This document shows positions 10,618 through 20,982 of a stretch of DNA of 64,000 bases, piece by piece. The notes under the pieces were generated by a model. It had not been told where the DNA came from. It was given only the letters and a program-made list of their open reading frames with translations, and ran no database searches. How positions within the stretch are numbered: position 1 is the stretch's first letter; each line of letters begins with the position of its first letter. Source of the DNA: Wickerhamiella versatilis (Eukaryota). The translations under genes and the position numbers were made by a program. The stretch covers positions 4,216,001-4,280,000 of the forward strand of contig JAQOWU010000008.1 of assembly GCA_030867685.1 (NCBI GenBank). The letters are read 5' to 3'.

Positions 10618-11514
10618 CTATTTGTATATAGACCACTTCTGCAAGAAACAATCATAGAAGCTACAAGTATAACCAGTTCCCCTCTCCGGCGACCAAGCGC
10701 CAGCATAAACCATGCTGTCGTGATTTGTTAATTTTGCTTCAACGGTGTCTAGAGCGCTAAGTACTCGTAACCCCGCATACATAGCACATACCAGGACATT
10801 TGAGGACTCCTGCTCGGGTATAAGTTTCCAAACACCACCGCCTAAATTGTTGTTTCCCAACTCTCGCCTCGTCCTTGGATCAATTTCTCGGACATGATCA
10901 TCATATCCACCAGTCCACATTCTGTGACCTGTCCGTGGAAGTATGGATGTGACACCGGCCTGATGGTGTCTCATCTTCCAGGCCAGGCCATTTCTGATGT
11001 CATTATACGCCAGCACACTGTCGTCGCCTCCCGTGAACACACCATTCCCGTCGTCATTGAATGATAAAGTCCAAGCCTCAAGATCGTGCGGTTTTGCTGA
11101 CCATAATTCAGTGCCAAAATTATCTGAAATATCAAAAAGCTTGACTTCCCCGCTCGTTAAAGTCGCTCCAAGCTTATTATCATGAAATGCAATTTGGGTA
11201 ACCAACGTCTCGTCATCAGTCACCGGAAGTTTTTCAAGAAAATTCACGTTGGTTCCATCGAAGGACCATACTTGAACTTCACCCGTACTATGTGCTGTCC
11301 AGAGTCGATTTCCGTACGCTTGCAAGTCTAATACTGCAGAATTTGTTGGAGTTTTGGATTGAACCTCGAGGGTGTGCGGATCACGGATCTCTATAGACCC
11401 TAGGCGACATCGGCTATCCTGATGTAGATCGTAAGTACCAATAATAATCCGATCTTGGTGGTAAATCAAAGCGCAAGGGGGCTCATAGGTTCTGCTGTCA
11501 GCGAGAACCAACAT
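10618..11514 (-). CDS. RRT2: WD40 diphthine methyl ester esterase Dph7
   Basis: IIGTYDL...[41 protein letters not shown] and TCSFYD motifs of DPH7. Confidence 0.9.
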   Translation of the reverse strand: MLVLADSRTYEPPCALIYHQDRIIIGTYDLHQDSRCRLGSIEIRDPHTLEVQSKTPTNSAVLDLQAYGNRLWTAHSTGEVQVWSFDGTNVNFLEKLPVTDDETLVTQIAFHDNKLGATLTSGEVKLFDISDNFGTELWSAKPHDLEAWTLSFNDDGNGVFTGGDDSVLAYNDIRNGLAWKMRHHQAGVTSILPRTGHRMWTGGYDDHVREIDPRTRRELGNNNLGGGVWKLIPEQESSNVLVCAMYAGLRVLSALDTVEAKLTNHDSMVYAGAWSPERGTGYTCSFYDCFLQKWSIYK

Positions 11515-11579
11515 TAGTGACTCGCCACTCCCTACTACTATCTACGTCTTATCTAAACTTTCAACTACTGTTGCTTGAT

Positions 11580-13058
11580 ATGCGGAAGACGTTGGTCGAT
11601 ACATTCGGCCGTACGCATAACTACTTACGTATATCGTTGACTGAGAGATGCAATTTGAGATGTCTATACTGTATGCCTGAGGAAGGCGTGCCCCTGCAGC
11701 CAGATGGACATATTTTGACCAGATCGGAAATCAACCACCTAGCAAAGCTCTTTGTGAGTCAAGGTGTAGATAAAATTCGATTAACAGGGGGAGAGCCTAC
11801 TGTGCGTAAAGACTTTCTGGATATTGTTGGTGATCTTGGCCAGCTCGGACTTCGTGACCTCGCAGTCACAACTAACGGTATTGCACTCAAACGAAAGCTA
11901 CCATTGCTAAAAGATGCCGGATTGACAGCTGTGAATATTTCTCTCGATACCTTAGTTGAGGCCAAATACAATTTTTTCACTAGAAGAAAAGGTCTTAATA
12001 GAGTGCTCGACACAATTGAACAAGCTGTCGCTGTTGGAATCCCCAAAGTCAAAATCAATACTGTTGTCATGAGAAACCAAAATGAGGATGAGATTTTGGA
12101 CTTTGCTCGCTTAACGAAGAATCTTCCTGTACAGGTGAGGTTTATAGAATACATGCCGTTTGGTGGGAATCGCTGGGAGAAGCAGAAGATGTTCACTTAT
12201 ATGGAAATGCTTGACAAGCTATCAGAAGAGTTTGAACTTGAACGTATCCCTCATAAGCATGGTGAAACTTCGAAAAATTACCAACTGCCTGGCCATCAAG
12301 GCACATTGGGCTTTATCACCTCAATGTCGTCTAATTTCTGCGGCACATGTAACCGTTTGCGCATCACAGCAGATGGGAATATAAAAGTGTGCCTTTTTGG
12401 TAATGAGGAAGTTAGTCTTCGCGATATGCTGCGTTCGCAAAAGCCAGACGATGAAGTACTTGATGTAATAGGAAAGGCTGTGGGACGCAAGGAAGCAGGA
12501 CATGCCCCTACAAGTCAATTGAAGGATAATAAGAACAGACCTATGATTCTAATTGGGGGTTTCCATACTTCGGCAAGACGACCACGAGAATTAAGTCATG
12601 TTGACTCTGATGGGCAAGCATCAATGGTTGATATCAAAGGAAAGGAAGTGACCAGTCGATTAGCAGTTGCGGAAGGGTATATCAGGTTTTCGAACCCAGC
12701 CACACTAGGCTTGATTGCTAAGAATCAGTTGAAAAAGGGGGATGTTTTTGGCGTGGCACGCGTAGCAGGAATAATGGCGGCAAAGCAGACGTCAAACCTG
12801 ATTCCACTGTGCCATCCTATCCCGTTATCTAAAGTTGGTGTTGATCTGAAACTTGAGGGTGAAGCAGTCATTGCCACTTGCACTGCTGTTTGCAATGGTC
12901 GGACCGGTGTAGAGATGGAAGCTCTTGTGGGCGCATCTATGGCGCTAACAACTATTTATGACATGTGCAAGGCTGTAGATCGCCACATGATTATAGATGG
13001 TTTAAGAGTTTTGCAAAAGAAAGGAGGATCGCATGACTTTAATGAAAGCAAAGCATAG
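11580..13058 (+). CDS. MOCS1: Molybdenum cofactor biosynthesis protein, MoaA (GTP 3',8-cyclase, radical SAM)-MoaC fusion (MOCS1/cnxABC-like)
   Basis: [19 protein letters not shown] (CX3CX2C), [29 protein letters not shown], then MoaC LSHVD...[28 protein letters not shown]. Confidence 0.95.
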   Translation: MRKTLVDTFGRTHNYLRISLTERCNLRCLYCMPEEGVPLQPDGHILTRSEINHLAKLFVSQGVDKIRLTGGEPTVRKDFLDIVGDLGQLGLRDLAVTTNGIALKRKLPLLKDAGLTAVNISLDTLVEAKYNFFTRRKGLNRVLDTIEQAVAVGIPKVKINTVVMRNQNEDEILDFARLTKNLPVQVRFIEYMPFGGNRWEKQKMFTYMEMLDKLSEEFELERIPHKHGETSKNYQLPGHQGTLGFITSMSSNFCGTCNRLRITADGNIKVCLFGNEEVSLRDMLRSQKPDDEVLDVIGKAVGRKEAGHAPTSQLKDNKNRPMILIGGFHTSARRPRELSHVDSDGQASMVDIKGKEVTSRLAVAEGYIRFSNPATLGLIAKNQLKKGDVFGVARVAGIMAAKQTSNLIPLCHPIPLSKVGVDLKLEGEAVIATCTAVCNGRTGVEMEALVGASMALTTIYDMCKAVDRHMIIDGLRVLQKKGGSHDFNESKA

Positions 13059-13147
13059 ACATAGATATAGTTATAGAATTCATTGCCGTTTATAGAATAA
13101 CCATTATATAAAAAACCGCGTTAATTTACTAATCATAAACAACAACA

Positions 13148-13585
13148 ATGTCCTCCGCGACAGATACCAAGACTTTTAAGGATGCATTTGCCCTCTTTGA
13201 TAAAAAAGGAGCAGGGAAGATTCCTGTAGGGCAGTTGGGAGACATGCTACGTGCCGTTGGACAGAGCCCCACGCAGGCAGAGGTCTCTGAACTTGAAAAA
13301 AGTGTTGAGGGCGATAGCTTCGACTTCGATACTTTTGTCAAAATCGTACAGAGGCCTAACGGTTTCAAGCCACTTGGCGAAGTTGATGATTATGTACGTG
13401 CCTTCCAGGTGTTTGACAAGGAAGGCACAGGTGCCATTGGTGTCGGGGAACTCCGTTATATTTTAACATCCATGGGGGAAAGACTGAGCGATTCCGAGAT
13501 GGACGAGTTGCTAGAAGGAATCCAAGTTGGAAAGGATGGTACAATCGATTATAAGGATCTGGTCAAGACGATTCTCGCACAGTAA
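13148..13585 (+). CDS. MLC1: Essential myosin light chain (EF-hand)
   Basis: FKDAFALFDKKGAGKI, LRAVGQSPT, FQVFDKEGTGAIGVGELRYILTSMGERL. Confidence 0.92.
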   Translation: MSSATDTKTFKDAFALFDKKGAGKIPVGQLGDMLRAVGQSPTQAEVSELEKSVEGDSFDFDTFVKIVQRPNGFKPLGEVDDYVRAFQVFDKEGTGAIGVGELRYILTSMGERLSDSEMDELLEGIQVGKDGTIDYKDLVKTILAQ

Positions 13586-13586
13586 A

Positions 13587-14648
13587 TCATAGAATAGGTA
13601 GGAAATTTCCAATTATTATCATAGGAATCCCAAAGAGATCCCTTTTCAACGTCAGCACACTAGAGGTACGAATTTTAAGTCCATCTGGTGTTACCAGGGT
13701 ACACAAATTCATAAGAACTCCCCTGGAATCACCAAATGCCATATCAGCAAATAACTGAAAGTATTGTACAGCACTTTCATCATCCATCAATTGAATAATG
13801 AACATTTGAAGGAGTTGATCTCTCCTCCACCCCGTTAAAGTAACAAACTCGTGACCAGCACTGGCTATTTCTCCTGTTCTTCGCCATACCACTGTCGGCG
13901 TGCCCGTTGCAACAAAGTAGCGTTCATACTCCAAGATCATTCGTTGAAAGCTCTTCTCCATAAATACAAGATCTTCATGTGTTAGCGTATGCGTACATGC
14001 GATCACGCTAGGCCGTATTTTCGCCATGGAGCGTAAAATCACCATGTATTGGTCTTGGTTGAATCGACTCTTGACGTATTGGAGTAAGCGCCGAAATCCT
14101 GGTGTATAAGGATAAGGCCTGACTACATTATGATATACATCCTTTGGTTGTTGCCAAACACTTGTTGACAACGGAGGCATAGCTGCAGCCAGCGTTGGCT
14201 GATTTGGAGGTCCATCAACTGGAAGAGAAAGTAGATTGGCCAAATCCACAGTATTAGGTGGAATGTAACCAAACTGTTCTGGACTTTGAGAATTCCGTGT
14301 ATCATAATTTAGTATGCTTGGAATAGTGCTATATTCAAGATCAGCTGTAGCTGAGAGGAAGTCAGCGGCGGGCTGTTGGATTGAAGTTATTGCCGGTATT
14401 GGCGGAACTTTATTGACATCGGATACATTTGTTGGAAGGAGATTGAGAGCAGCTGGTATATTCGGATCATCCGCCCCGAGATATTTTGCTCTTTTCCGTT
14501 GACCGTCTACACAAGTCGCGGCAATGTTTCTTATCTGACACCTCTTACATGGCCTTCCATCATCACAAGTAAGGTGAGAACGCTGACAATTACTACATGC
14601 CTGCCGAACTTTCTGCCTCTTTTTTCCCGACGCCTGTTTAGGTCCCAT
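13587..14648 (-). CDS. ERT1: Zn2Cys6 transcription factor with PAS-like C-terminus (Ert1/AcuK)
   Basis: ACSNCQRSHLTCDDGRPCKRC...CVDGQRKRAKYL; DLVFMEKSFQR, GTPTVVWRRTGEI, IPMIIIGNFLPIL. Confidence 0.85.
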   Translation of the reverse strand: MGPKQASGKKRQKVRQACSNCQRSHLTCDDGRPCKRCQIRNIAATCVDGQRKRAKYLGADDPNIPAALNLLPTNVSDVNKVPPIPAITSIQQPAADFLSATADLEYSTIPSILNYDTRNSQSPEQFGYIPPNTVDLANLLSLPVDGPPNQPTLAAAMPPLSTSVWQQPKDVYHNVVRPYPYTPGFRRLLQYVKSRFNQDQYMVILRSMAKIRPSVIACTHTLTHEDLVFMEKSFQRMILEYERYFVATGTPTVVWRRTGEIASAGHEFVTLTGWRRDQLLQMFIIQLMDDESAVQYFQLFADMAFGDSRGVLMNLCTLVTPDGLKIRTSSVLTLKRDLFGIPMIIIGNFLPIL

Positions 14649-15029
14649 CCCCCAAGTTTCCTATGTGGGTAAGGGTATTTCCTGGAGGACACTGCTTTTA
14701 ATGTACTGTTTCAACGTGTCTAACAACGTATGGAAAGGCTCTAGTTACAGCTTAGTATCTAAAAAATTCAACTAAAAAATACTTGCTTGACGAGCTAGTT
14801 TAACTTGAACTGATAGGGAATATCAAAATTTCTCATCACACACTGTGGCGTATAAAAAAGTTCCCTTACAGAGCTTTTTTGCTTCTCTATTTCCAATTTA
14901 GCCAAACATAGCCTTTTCTTTCTGTAAAATACTTAGAATGTAAAGATGAAAAGAACCTCTCCCTAACCCTTATAAAGACTCCCAACTCGTTCGCTGCTGA
15001 TGTTAATTTTCCACCTGTTACGACAGAAT

Positions 15030-16142
15030 ATGACTGAGTCTTTGACACAGCTGCTCAAAAATGCACTAAAGATTCAGCCGAGCAACGAGCAAATTATTGC
15101 TGATGTGGGACTAAATCAGTTTTCTAGTATTCAGCAAGCTCAAATCCGTCAGTGGCTTACTTTAAGCCAGAGGTTACCTGAAACGTTCAAGGACTTCAAT
15201 GACGGTCTTCGTCCAACTACTTATCTTCTGGGAGGACAGGAGCCAACATTCATTGATAGCATTGTATTTGCCCGTGCGGAAAGCTATCTAGCAAAGTTCA
15301 GCGCTGCTGATGCTATTGCGAACCGGCATGTCGTCCGTTGGGCAGATCTAGTCCAGCATGTACTAAACCTGGAGCCACTTATAAATTTCGATCTTAATTT
15401 GGATGCTCCTCGTGAACAGAAGATAAAGGAAAAGAAGATTACTCCTGAAGCCAAAGCTAAGGAAGCTGCGGACTCCAAGAAGAAGGAGAAACAGAAGTCC
15501 CAGAAGGCGGAAAGCTCGGCTGCTGCTGCTACTACTACTGAGGCAAAGGGCGAGAAGAAGCCTAAGGCTGAAAAACCAAAGAAGGCGCAACCTAAGCCTG
15601 AGGTGAAGCGTCCTGTCACACCAGGCATGATTGACTTGCGTGTAGGATTTATTCAAAAAGCTGTTGAGCACCCTGATGCGGACAGCCTTTACGTTTCTAC
15701 AATCGATGTCGGTGAGGAATCGCCACGTACTATCTGCTCAGGACTTCGGAAGTTTGTGCCTATTGAAGACATGCAACAGAGAAATGTTGTTGTTGTCGCA
15801 AATCTCAAGCCTGTGAAAATGCGTGGCATTGCTTCTAACGGAATGGTGTTGTGTGCGTCCAACAAAGGCAAAGGAGCACCTGATGAGGTAGTAGAATTTG
15901 TTAAAACGCCTGAGGGATCGAAACCTGGCGATAAGCTATTCTTCGAGGGCTACGATGAGGAACCTGAACCCCAATTGAATCCCAAGAAGAAGATTTTTGA
16001 AACGATTCAACCTGGATTCACTACCCTAGATGACCTTGATGTAGTGTGGCGCAACCCTGAGGATGGCTCGGTTCACAAGCTTGTGAATAGCAAGGGTGAG
16101 CATCTTAAAGCAAAGAGTCTCAAGAATGCAGTTGTTAGTTAA
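15030..16142 (+). CDS. ARC1: tRNA-aminoacylation cofactor Arc1
   Basis: GST-like N-domain, Lys/Glu/Ala linker, OB tRNA-binding domain IDLRVGFI..AVEHPDADSLYVSTID...NLKPVKMRGIASNGMVLCAS; alternative ATG at 15000. Confidence 0.94.
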   Translation: MTESLTQLLKNALKIQPSNEQIIADVGLNQFSSIQQAQIRQWLTLSQRLPETFKDFNDGLRPTTYLLGGQEPTFIDSIVFARAESYLAKFSAADAIANRHVVRWADLVQHVLNLEPLINFDLNLDAPREQKIKEKKITPEAKAKEAADSKKKEKQKSQKAESSAAAATTTEAKGEKKPKAEKPKKAQPKPEVKRPVTPGMIDLRVGFIQKAVEHPDADSLYVSTIDVGEESPRTICSGLRKFVPIEDMQQRNVVVVANLKPVKMRGIASNGMVLCASNKGKGAPDEVVEFVKTPEGSKPGDKLFFEGYDEEPEPQLNPKKKIFETIQPGFTTLDDLDVVWRNPEDGSVHKLVNSKGEHLKAKSLKNAVVS

Positions 16143-16451
16143 TTTTTTCTGACTAGCACTTTTTTAAGTTTTCTATGATCTCAATGGAAGCTCTTCCAGT
16201 CTGTGCGTGTGTTTGAATTTTAGCCAGTGTAATATAGAGATTCCCCCGATTGATGAATAGATAAGACTGATGTCTAAAGCCAGTTTTCCCGAATTTTATT
16301 AGCTTTTCTATATTTTGCCTATTCGTATTCGAGAGACGGGAGGTACTTCAGTGTATAGCATTTCAACCATACATATATGCAGGTTATTCAATTATGCGAA
16401 GACCGCACGTCCCCCGAATTGAGTTGCAGCATGTCTTACGTCTTATAAGCA

Positions 16452-16459
16452 TATATAAA
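16452..16459 (+). promoter_or_regulatory. Candidate TATA box of the small secreted-protein gene
   Basis: TATATAAA ending 30 bp before the ATG at 16490. Confidence 0.45.
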
Positions 16460-16489
16460 TTGCTTTACGCCCAGGATAAAGATTTTTAC

Positions 16490-16858
16490 ATGAAATTATC
16501 TCTACTCCTGTTGGCTACTGCCTCCGCTGCTCCTGCAAACCTAGCTGAAGGTTCTTTCGCTATAAATCTAGATACTAGAGATACCACATCCGGTACTGTT
16601 TATGGTGGCGGCGATTTACCTAGCAGTTTTACAAAACCCGAAGGCTTGACGTGGCCCTCTCTGAGTGATCTACCACCCGGATCATCTATGAGTGGAAGCC
16701 ACAGTCAGTCGGGATCAACTGGTGGAGGTTCATCATCATGGGACAGTGTCAATGGCCAGACAAGCTCATCATCTTCTCACTCTAGCTCTTCTAGTTCAGG
16801 AGGTACTAGCAACAACGGATTTACGGAGTCCTCCTCCAATATTCCTAACCAGGCATAA
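16490..16858 (+). CDS. Small Ser/Gly-rich secreted protein of unknown family (122 aa)
   Basis: Signal-peptide-like start MKLSLLLLATASA-AP, low-complexity Ser/Gly body, no GPI-like hydrophobic tail, upstream TATA. Confidence 0.6.
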   Translation: MKLSLLLLATASAAPANLAEGSFAINLDTRDTTSGTVYGGGDLPSSFTKPEGLTWPSLSDLPPGSSMSGSHSQSGSTGGGSSSWDSVNGQTSSSSSHSSSSSSGGTSNNGFTESSSNIPNQA

Positions 16859-16913
16859 ACGAATCTAGACAAGGTAGATTAGTAACCAGTGGTAAATTTC
16901 TATATCGCATGTC

Positions 16914-18035
16914 ATGAAATTGATTCGCAAAGATTTAGAAAAGGATCAGAGCGGAACTTTGGTTCTAGCTGTGGAAGATTCGGAGGATCTATGGTATATA
17001 TACAATCTTATAACTCGAGGTGACGAAGTGGAGGCGTTGACGCACCGCAAAATTGTGAAAGAGGGCAAAAAAACAGCCGATAGAGTCACGCTAAAGCTAC
17101 GAATAAGAGTTGAAAAAATCGAATATGATGCCAAGGGTGCACAATTATCTCTTAATGGCCCCACTGTTGCGGAGCAGGCGGATGTGCCGCTGGGCAGTTT
17201 TCATACAATGCGTTTGGAGCCCAAGAATCCTCCCAAGTTCACGTTGAGCAAGGATGAATGGGATTCATATTCACTACAGGTAATAGAGGATGCTGTAAAT
17301 GTTGAGAATCGAACAGACATAGCGGCTGTGGTTCTACAGCCAGGGCTGGCCCATATATGCTTGGTTACAGAAGTACAGGCAGTGCTACGAGCTAAGGTGG
17401 AAAAAAGTATACCAAGAAAGCGAAGAGGTGATAATACGGCACAAGACCTAGCAATGGCAAAATTCCTAAAAGATGTATATGATGCTCTTTGTGCACAAAT
17501 CAACTTCGACAAAATAAAAGCTGTTTTATTGGCTGCGCCGGGAATTTTGGCTCGTCAACTATATGACTTTATATTCAAACAGGCACAAATCGACCATAAT
17601 CAAATGATTTTGAAACAGAAATCAAAATTCGTTGTTGGACATGCATCTTCTGGACATCTCAATGCACTTGATGAAGCCTTGGAAACATTCCATGGAGAGC
17701 TTCAAGATACAAGGTATGGCAGAGAAACGGCTGCACTTGACAAATTTTTCAAATCACTTAACGACGACGACGGCCGAGCTTGGTATGGATGCGAGGAAGT
17801 TGAATATTGCATATCTCAGGACGCTGTTGCCACTTTAATGGTCACTGATACTTTGTTCAGATCTGACGATGTCGATGAACGCCATAAATACGTTAGAATG
17901 GTTGAATCAGTCAAAGATATGGGACGGGAAGTCTTGATCTTTAGTAGCATGCATCCTAGCGGCGAACAGCTTGATAGTGTGAGTGGAATTGCATGCCTCA
18001 CTTTGTTTCCGATGGAACTGGATTTAGACGCTTAG
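16914..18035 (+). CDS. DOM34: Ribosome rescue factor Dom34/Pelota
   Basis: EDLWYIYNLI..GD, GSFHTM, SIPRKRRG, RAWYG, FSSMHPSGEQL motifs. Confidence 0.96.
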   Translation: MKLIRKDLEKDQSGTLVLAVEDSEDLWYIYNLITRGDEVEALTHRKIVKEGKKTADRVTLKLRIRVEKIEYDAKGAQLSLNGPTVAEQADVPLGSFHTMRLEPKNPPKFTLSKDEWDSYSLQVIEDAVNVENRTDIAAVVLQPGLAHICLVTEVQAVLRAKVEKSIPRKRRGDNTAQDLAMAKFLKDVYDALCAQINFDKIKAVLLAAPGILARQLYDFIFKQAQIDHNQMILKQKSKFVVGHASSGHLNALDEALETFHGELQDTRYGRETAALDKFFKSLNDDDGRAWYGCEEVEYCISQDAVATLMVTDTLFRSDDVDERHKYVRMVESVKDMGREVLIFSSMHPSGEQLDSVSGIACLTLFPMELDLDA

Positions 18036-18510
18036 TTGATTTGACATAGTTCAACCCATCCTCAAGTAGCCCGATGCCGGCTCCAAATAATGTAAAGTGA
18101 AGCGCTGACCTCCATGCTTGACGATATGGGAGTCTGGCGAAAATAAAGGCTACACTGGTACCCACTAGAGCCGCAGAAAACGTCGTCGCAGTAAAATCCT
18201 TACGGCCACGATATCTGTCAACAACAGCTTCTATGGCAAAAAAAGCATAAGCTGCTGCGCCATACTTAGCTGCTATAATAGCCCCTTGGTTCATACCATC
18301 ACGCAAAACCACGTAATTTTTTCTTTTATGAAAAAAATACCATCCACCTTTGTTACGTGGTAATCTATGTGCATTTTCCGCCAAAAATTTTAAACTGGCC
18401 ACACGTGCTCCACGTGTGGTACCTGATATCAGCCCTACGGCGGCCGCTAACCCAGTACCAAGTATAACCCGAGCTCGAGGATCGAGCCCGAATCGTTGTT
18501 CATCCTCCAT
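17998..18510 (-). CDS. Conserved fungal Tim17/22-like membrane protein of unknown function
   Basis: Gly-rich TM helices and FLAENAHRLPRNKGGWYFFHKRKNY motif; 3' end overlaps DOM34 by 38 bp. Confidence 0.65.
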   Translation of the reverse strand: MEDEQRFGLDPRARVILGTGLAAAVGLISGTTRGARVASLKFLAENAHRLPRNKGGWYFFHKRKNYVVLRDGMNQGAIIAAKYGAAAYAFFAIEAVVDRYRGRKDFTATTFSAALVGTSVAFIFARLPYRQAWRSALHFTLFGAGIGLLEDGLNYVKSTKRLNPVPSETK

Positions 18511-18567
18511 CAATATCTGGGCAAGGGTAATATATAACCAAGCTACAATAATTTAAATATATACGAT

Positions 18568-20982
18568 CTAAATGCCTGCTCCTCCTTGTGGCCGAGGCAT
18601 AGGCATAAAGTTCTGAGCTGTTGCTATAGCATTATCCAAAGTATTAAAGGCTTTCGCTATCCAAACACTCCTTTCGCGAAGCGGTGCAGCTAAAGACGCT
18701 GTGTAGGACACCGCCGCGATTAGCAGTAAAGGAATCCAAAAAGCGAAGAGCATGCGATCATTCTGGATTTGCTTTAGAGGTCCAGCTCCCCAACTCCTCA
18801 AGACCTCGAATGATTCAACTTCCGAATCCAAGTCCACATTTTCACTCTCATCATCTTCAGTTACATCGTCCTCTTCATCTGATGCGTTGGACAATGACTC
18901 AAACTCAACTGAATCTTCCTTTTCTGTGTAAGGTGGGGGTTGAGACGGGAAAATTTCTTGTGGCGGCACCAAACTTGTTAGCGACTCACAGCTACGTGAA
19001 TTTAGCTCCTTGTAATATGCACGAGGATTAGACTTGGATGGCAAAAGGTCCACCACGGTAGAATCGGCGATTTCCGCAGCAGTCTGATGTAAATGTGTTC
19101 TTTGAAATGGGTCTGCACCCATACTTAACAGCAGCCTAGTAATGCTGCGATGCCCTCCCAAACTGGCGAAATGTAATGCCGTGTATCCACTTACATCTTG
19201 CACATCAATACGCGATCCACTAGCCAGCAGTGCTTGGCAAGTGCGAGTCCAGGAAAGCAGTGATGCCAGGTGTAGCATTGTCTGGCCCTCGCTATTGCGC
19301 AGGTTTAAATTTGCAATGCGTCCTGGTGCTCTGCATACCTCCAGAAGTCGCAATACTAAATTTTCAGGATCTGCCACATCACCCGAGCGACCAAGGACAC
19401 TGTGTTCGTCACCACCGCCAGAAACAATTTGTTGAGCAACATCACCTGGATCCTCAAGTCTTCCACTCATTTTGAATCCGACAACTTGAAGAGCCAACTC
19501 CACAAGTTTTGAATCAGTGTCCTGGACATAAGTGAAGACACTGCCGTTTCCAGTTTGTGGTACACCTTGAAAACTAACACGAACAGGCCCAGCAACATGA
19601 GCTGGTGGAGAGTGCGCAATAATAGTTGATTCAGACCAACATTGAGTACTTACAGCTGGAGAATCACCAAACATCGCAATTAAGCCTGGACGAAATCCTT
19701 GACCTAGGAAAGTTATCTCAATACCACCCCGAACGCTGCCGCTGCTTGGTATAACTCGATGTATTTGAGGAGAATTATTGAGAACTTGTGGTGACGGAGT
19801 GGATTCCTGAAGCTGCTGAAACATGGCCATCTGAGACGAGGGGGGTATTCGCATTTGACTCGAATCTGAAGATGTCGCGGCTGAGTTTCTTCGGCTATCA
19901 GAAGAAAAGCTGCTTCGGGAATATGGGTGGTAGCGGCGTTGACGCGAAGAGGTTTGACTAGTGGAAGAAATTGCACTGTCACTCAGTTCACTAAAACCAC
20001 TAGCATCACTTCCTTCCGACTGTTGTACCTGCTGCTTTGAACGAGGTTCTTTGTGATTGTCGGTGATAAATATAGGTCCACTTATAGCACGACCAACAAC
20101 AACACCTTGGTAATTTCGTAGAGTGAAAACCAATTTGTACCCGTTCTTCGCCAGATGATGACGACAATAGCAAGCAAGTCTTAAAGGCAATTCTACTTCC
20201 CGACTCCAATGATCGGTGAAACCGTCAGCCGCAGTAATTCTGTAAGGGGCTGGCATGGCTACAAGCTCACGACAATTAAAGATGATTACACGACGAACCT
20301 GATCCTCTTGCCAGTGTGATTCTTCATATAGATCAAGCGTTTTCTTCCTAAACGCTCGTTTGCGTTCACGAGCAAGGCATTTAGAGCACATGTGTACTCT
20401 GTTTACTGGATTTTCAGGTACTACAGCATCAACGTCCAAACACAATATTCCTTCTTGAGGTTTAAATTCATCACGTAGCTGGAATCTAGGACGAGCAATA
20501 GTATCTCCTGGTAGATGAAGTAGATTCTCTGGCGGAGGGGGACTAATCTGTAGCCGACATTTTATCTGCGTTTCAACACGAGAGCGTGATGGGAACTCAC
20601 CCACAGACAGTTTATACTTAAGACTTTCAGTGCTCCCCGATGGGTTTTTAAGAATATCAAAGTAGTTCTCTTCACTCGGTGGTGCCCTATTTCGGTTATC
20701 ACCCGAATCTGCTCGGCCAAAATTTAGAGTAGTTAACACCGACTGGGCATCAGTAAACCCGGAAGTATCTGAACGGATACCCTTATCTAGTTGCAATTCA
20801 TCATCCTTCATGCCCTGCTCATCAGGCCAAGGCGATTCCATAACATCAGATTTGACACTAGTATCCTCACTGAACTCAAGATCACTCAGAACAGCTGGTG
20901 TATCCAGGTTTTGCGCATCAATGTCGAAATATGGAATGTAATCATTATCACCTTCGTTCAAATCGTCGAAAAAAGGATCCAT
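18568..20982 (-). CDS. MGA2: Membrane-bound transcription factor Mga2/Spt23 (IPT/TIG, ankyrin, TM)
   Basis: SRVETQIK, LRLACYCRHH, IFITDNHK, IHRVIPSSGSVRGGIEITFLG (IPT), ankyrin GQTMLHLA/GYTALHFA, NDRMLFAFWIPLL TM. Confidence 0.92.
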   Translation of the reverse strand: MDPFFDDLNEGDNDYIPYFDIDAQNLDTPAVLSDLEFSEDTSVKSDVMESPWPDEQGMKDDELQLDKGIRSDTSGFTDAQSVLTTLNFGRADSGDNRNRAPPSEENYFDILKNPSGSTESLKYKLSVGEFPSRSRVETQIKCRLQISPPPPENLLHLPGDTIARPRFQLRDEFKPQEGILCLDVDAVVPENPVNRVHMCSKCLARERKRAFRKKTLDLYEESHWQEDQVRRVIIFNCRELVAMPAPYRITAADGFTDHWSREVELPLRLACYCRHHLAKNGYKLVFTLRNYQGVVVGRAISGPIFITDNHKEPRSKQQVQQSEGSDASGFSELSDSAISSTSQTSSRQRRYHPYSRSSFSSDSRRNSAATSSDSSQMRIPPSSQMAMFQQLQESTPSPQVLNNSPQIHRVIPSSGSVRGGIEITFLGQGFRPGLIAMFGDSPAVSTQCWSESTIIAHSPPAHVAGPVRVSFQGVPQTGNGSVFTYVQDTDSKLVELALQVVGFKMSGRLEDPGDVAQQIVSGGGDEHSVLGRSGDVADPENLVLRLLEVCRAPGRIANLNLRNSEGQTMLHLASLLSWTRTCQALLASGSRIDVQDVSGYTALHFASLGGHRSITRLLLSMGADPFQRTHLHQTAAEIADSTVVDLLPSKSNPRAYYKELNSRSCESLTSLVPPQEIFPSQPPPYTEKEDSVEFESLSNASDEEDDVTEDDESENVDLDSEVESFEVLRSWGAGPLKQIQNDRMLFAFWIPLLLIAAVSYTASLAAPLRERSVWIAKAFNTLDNAIATAQNFMPMPRPQGGAGI

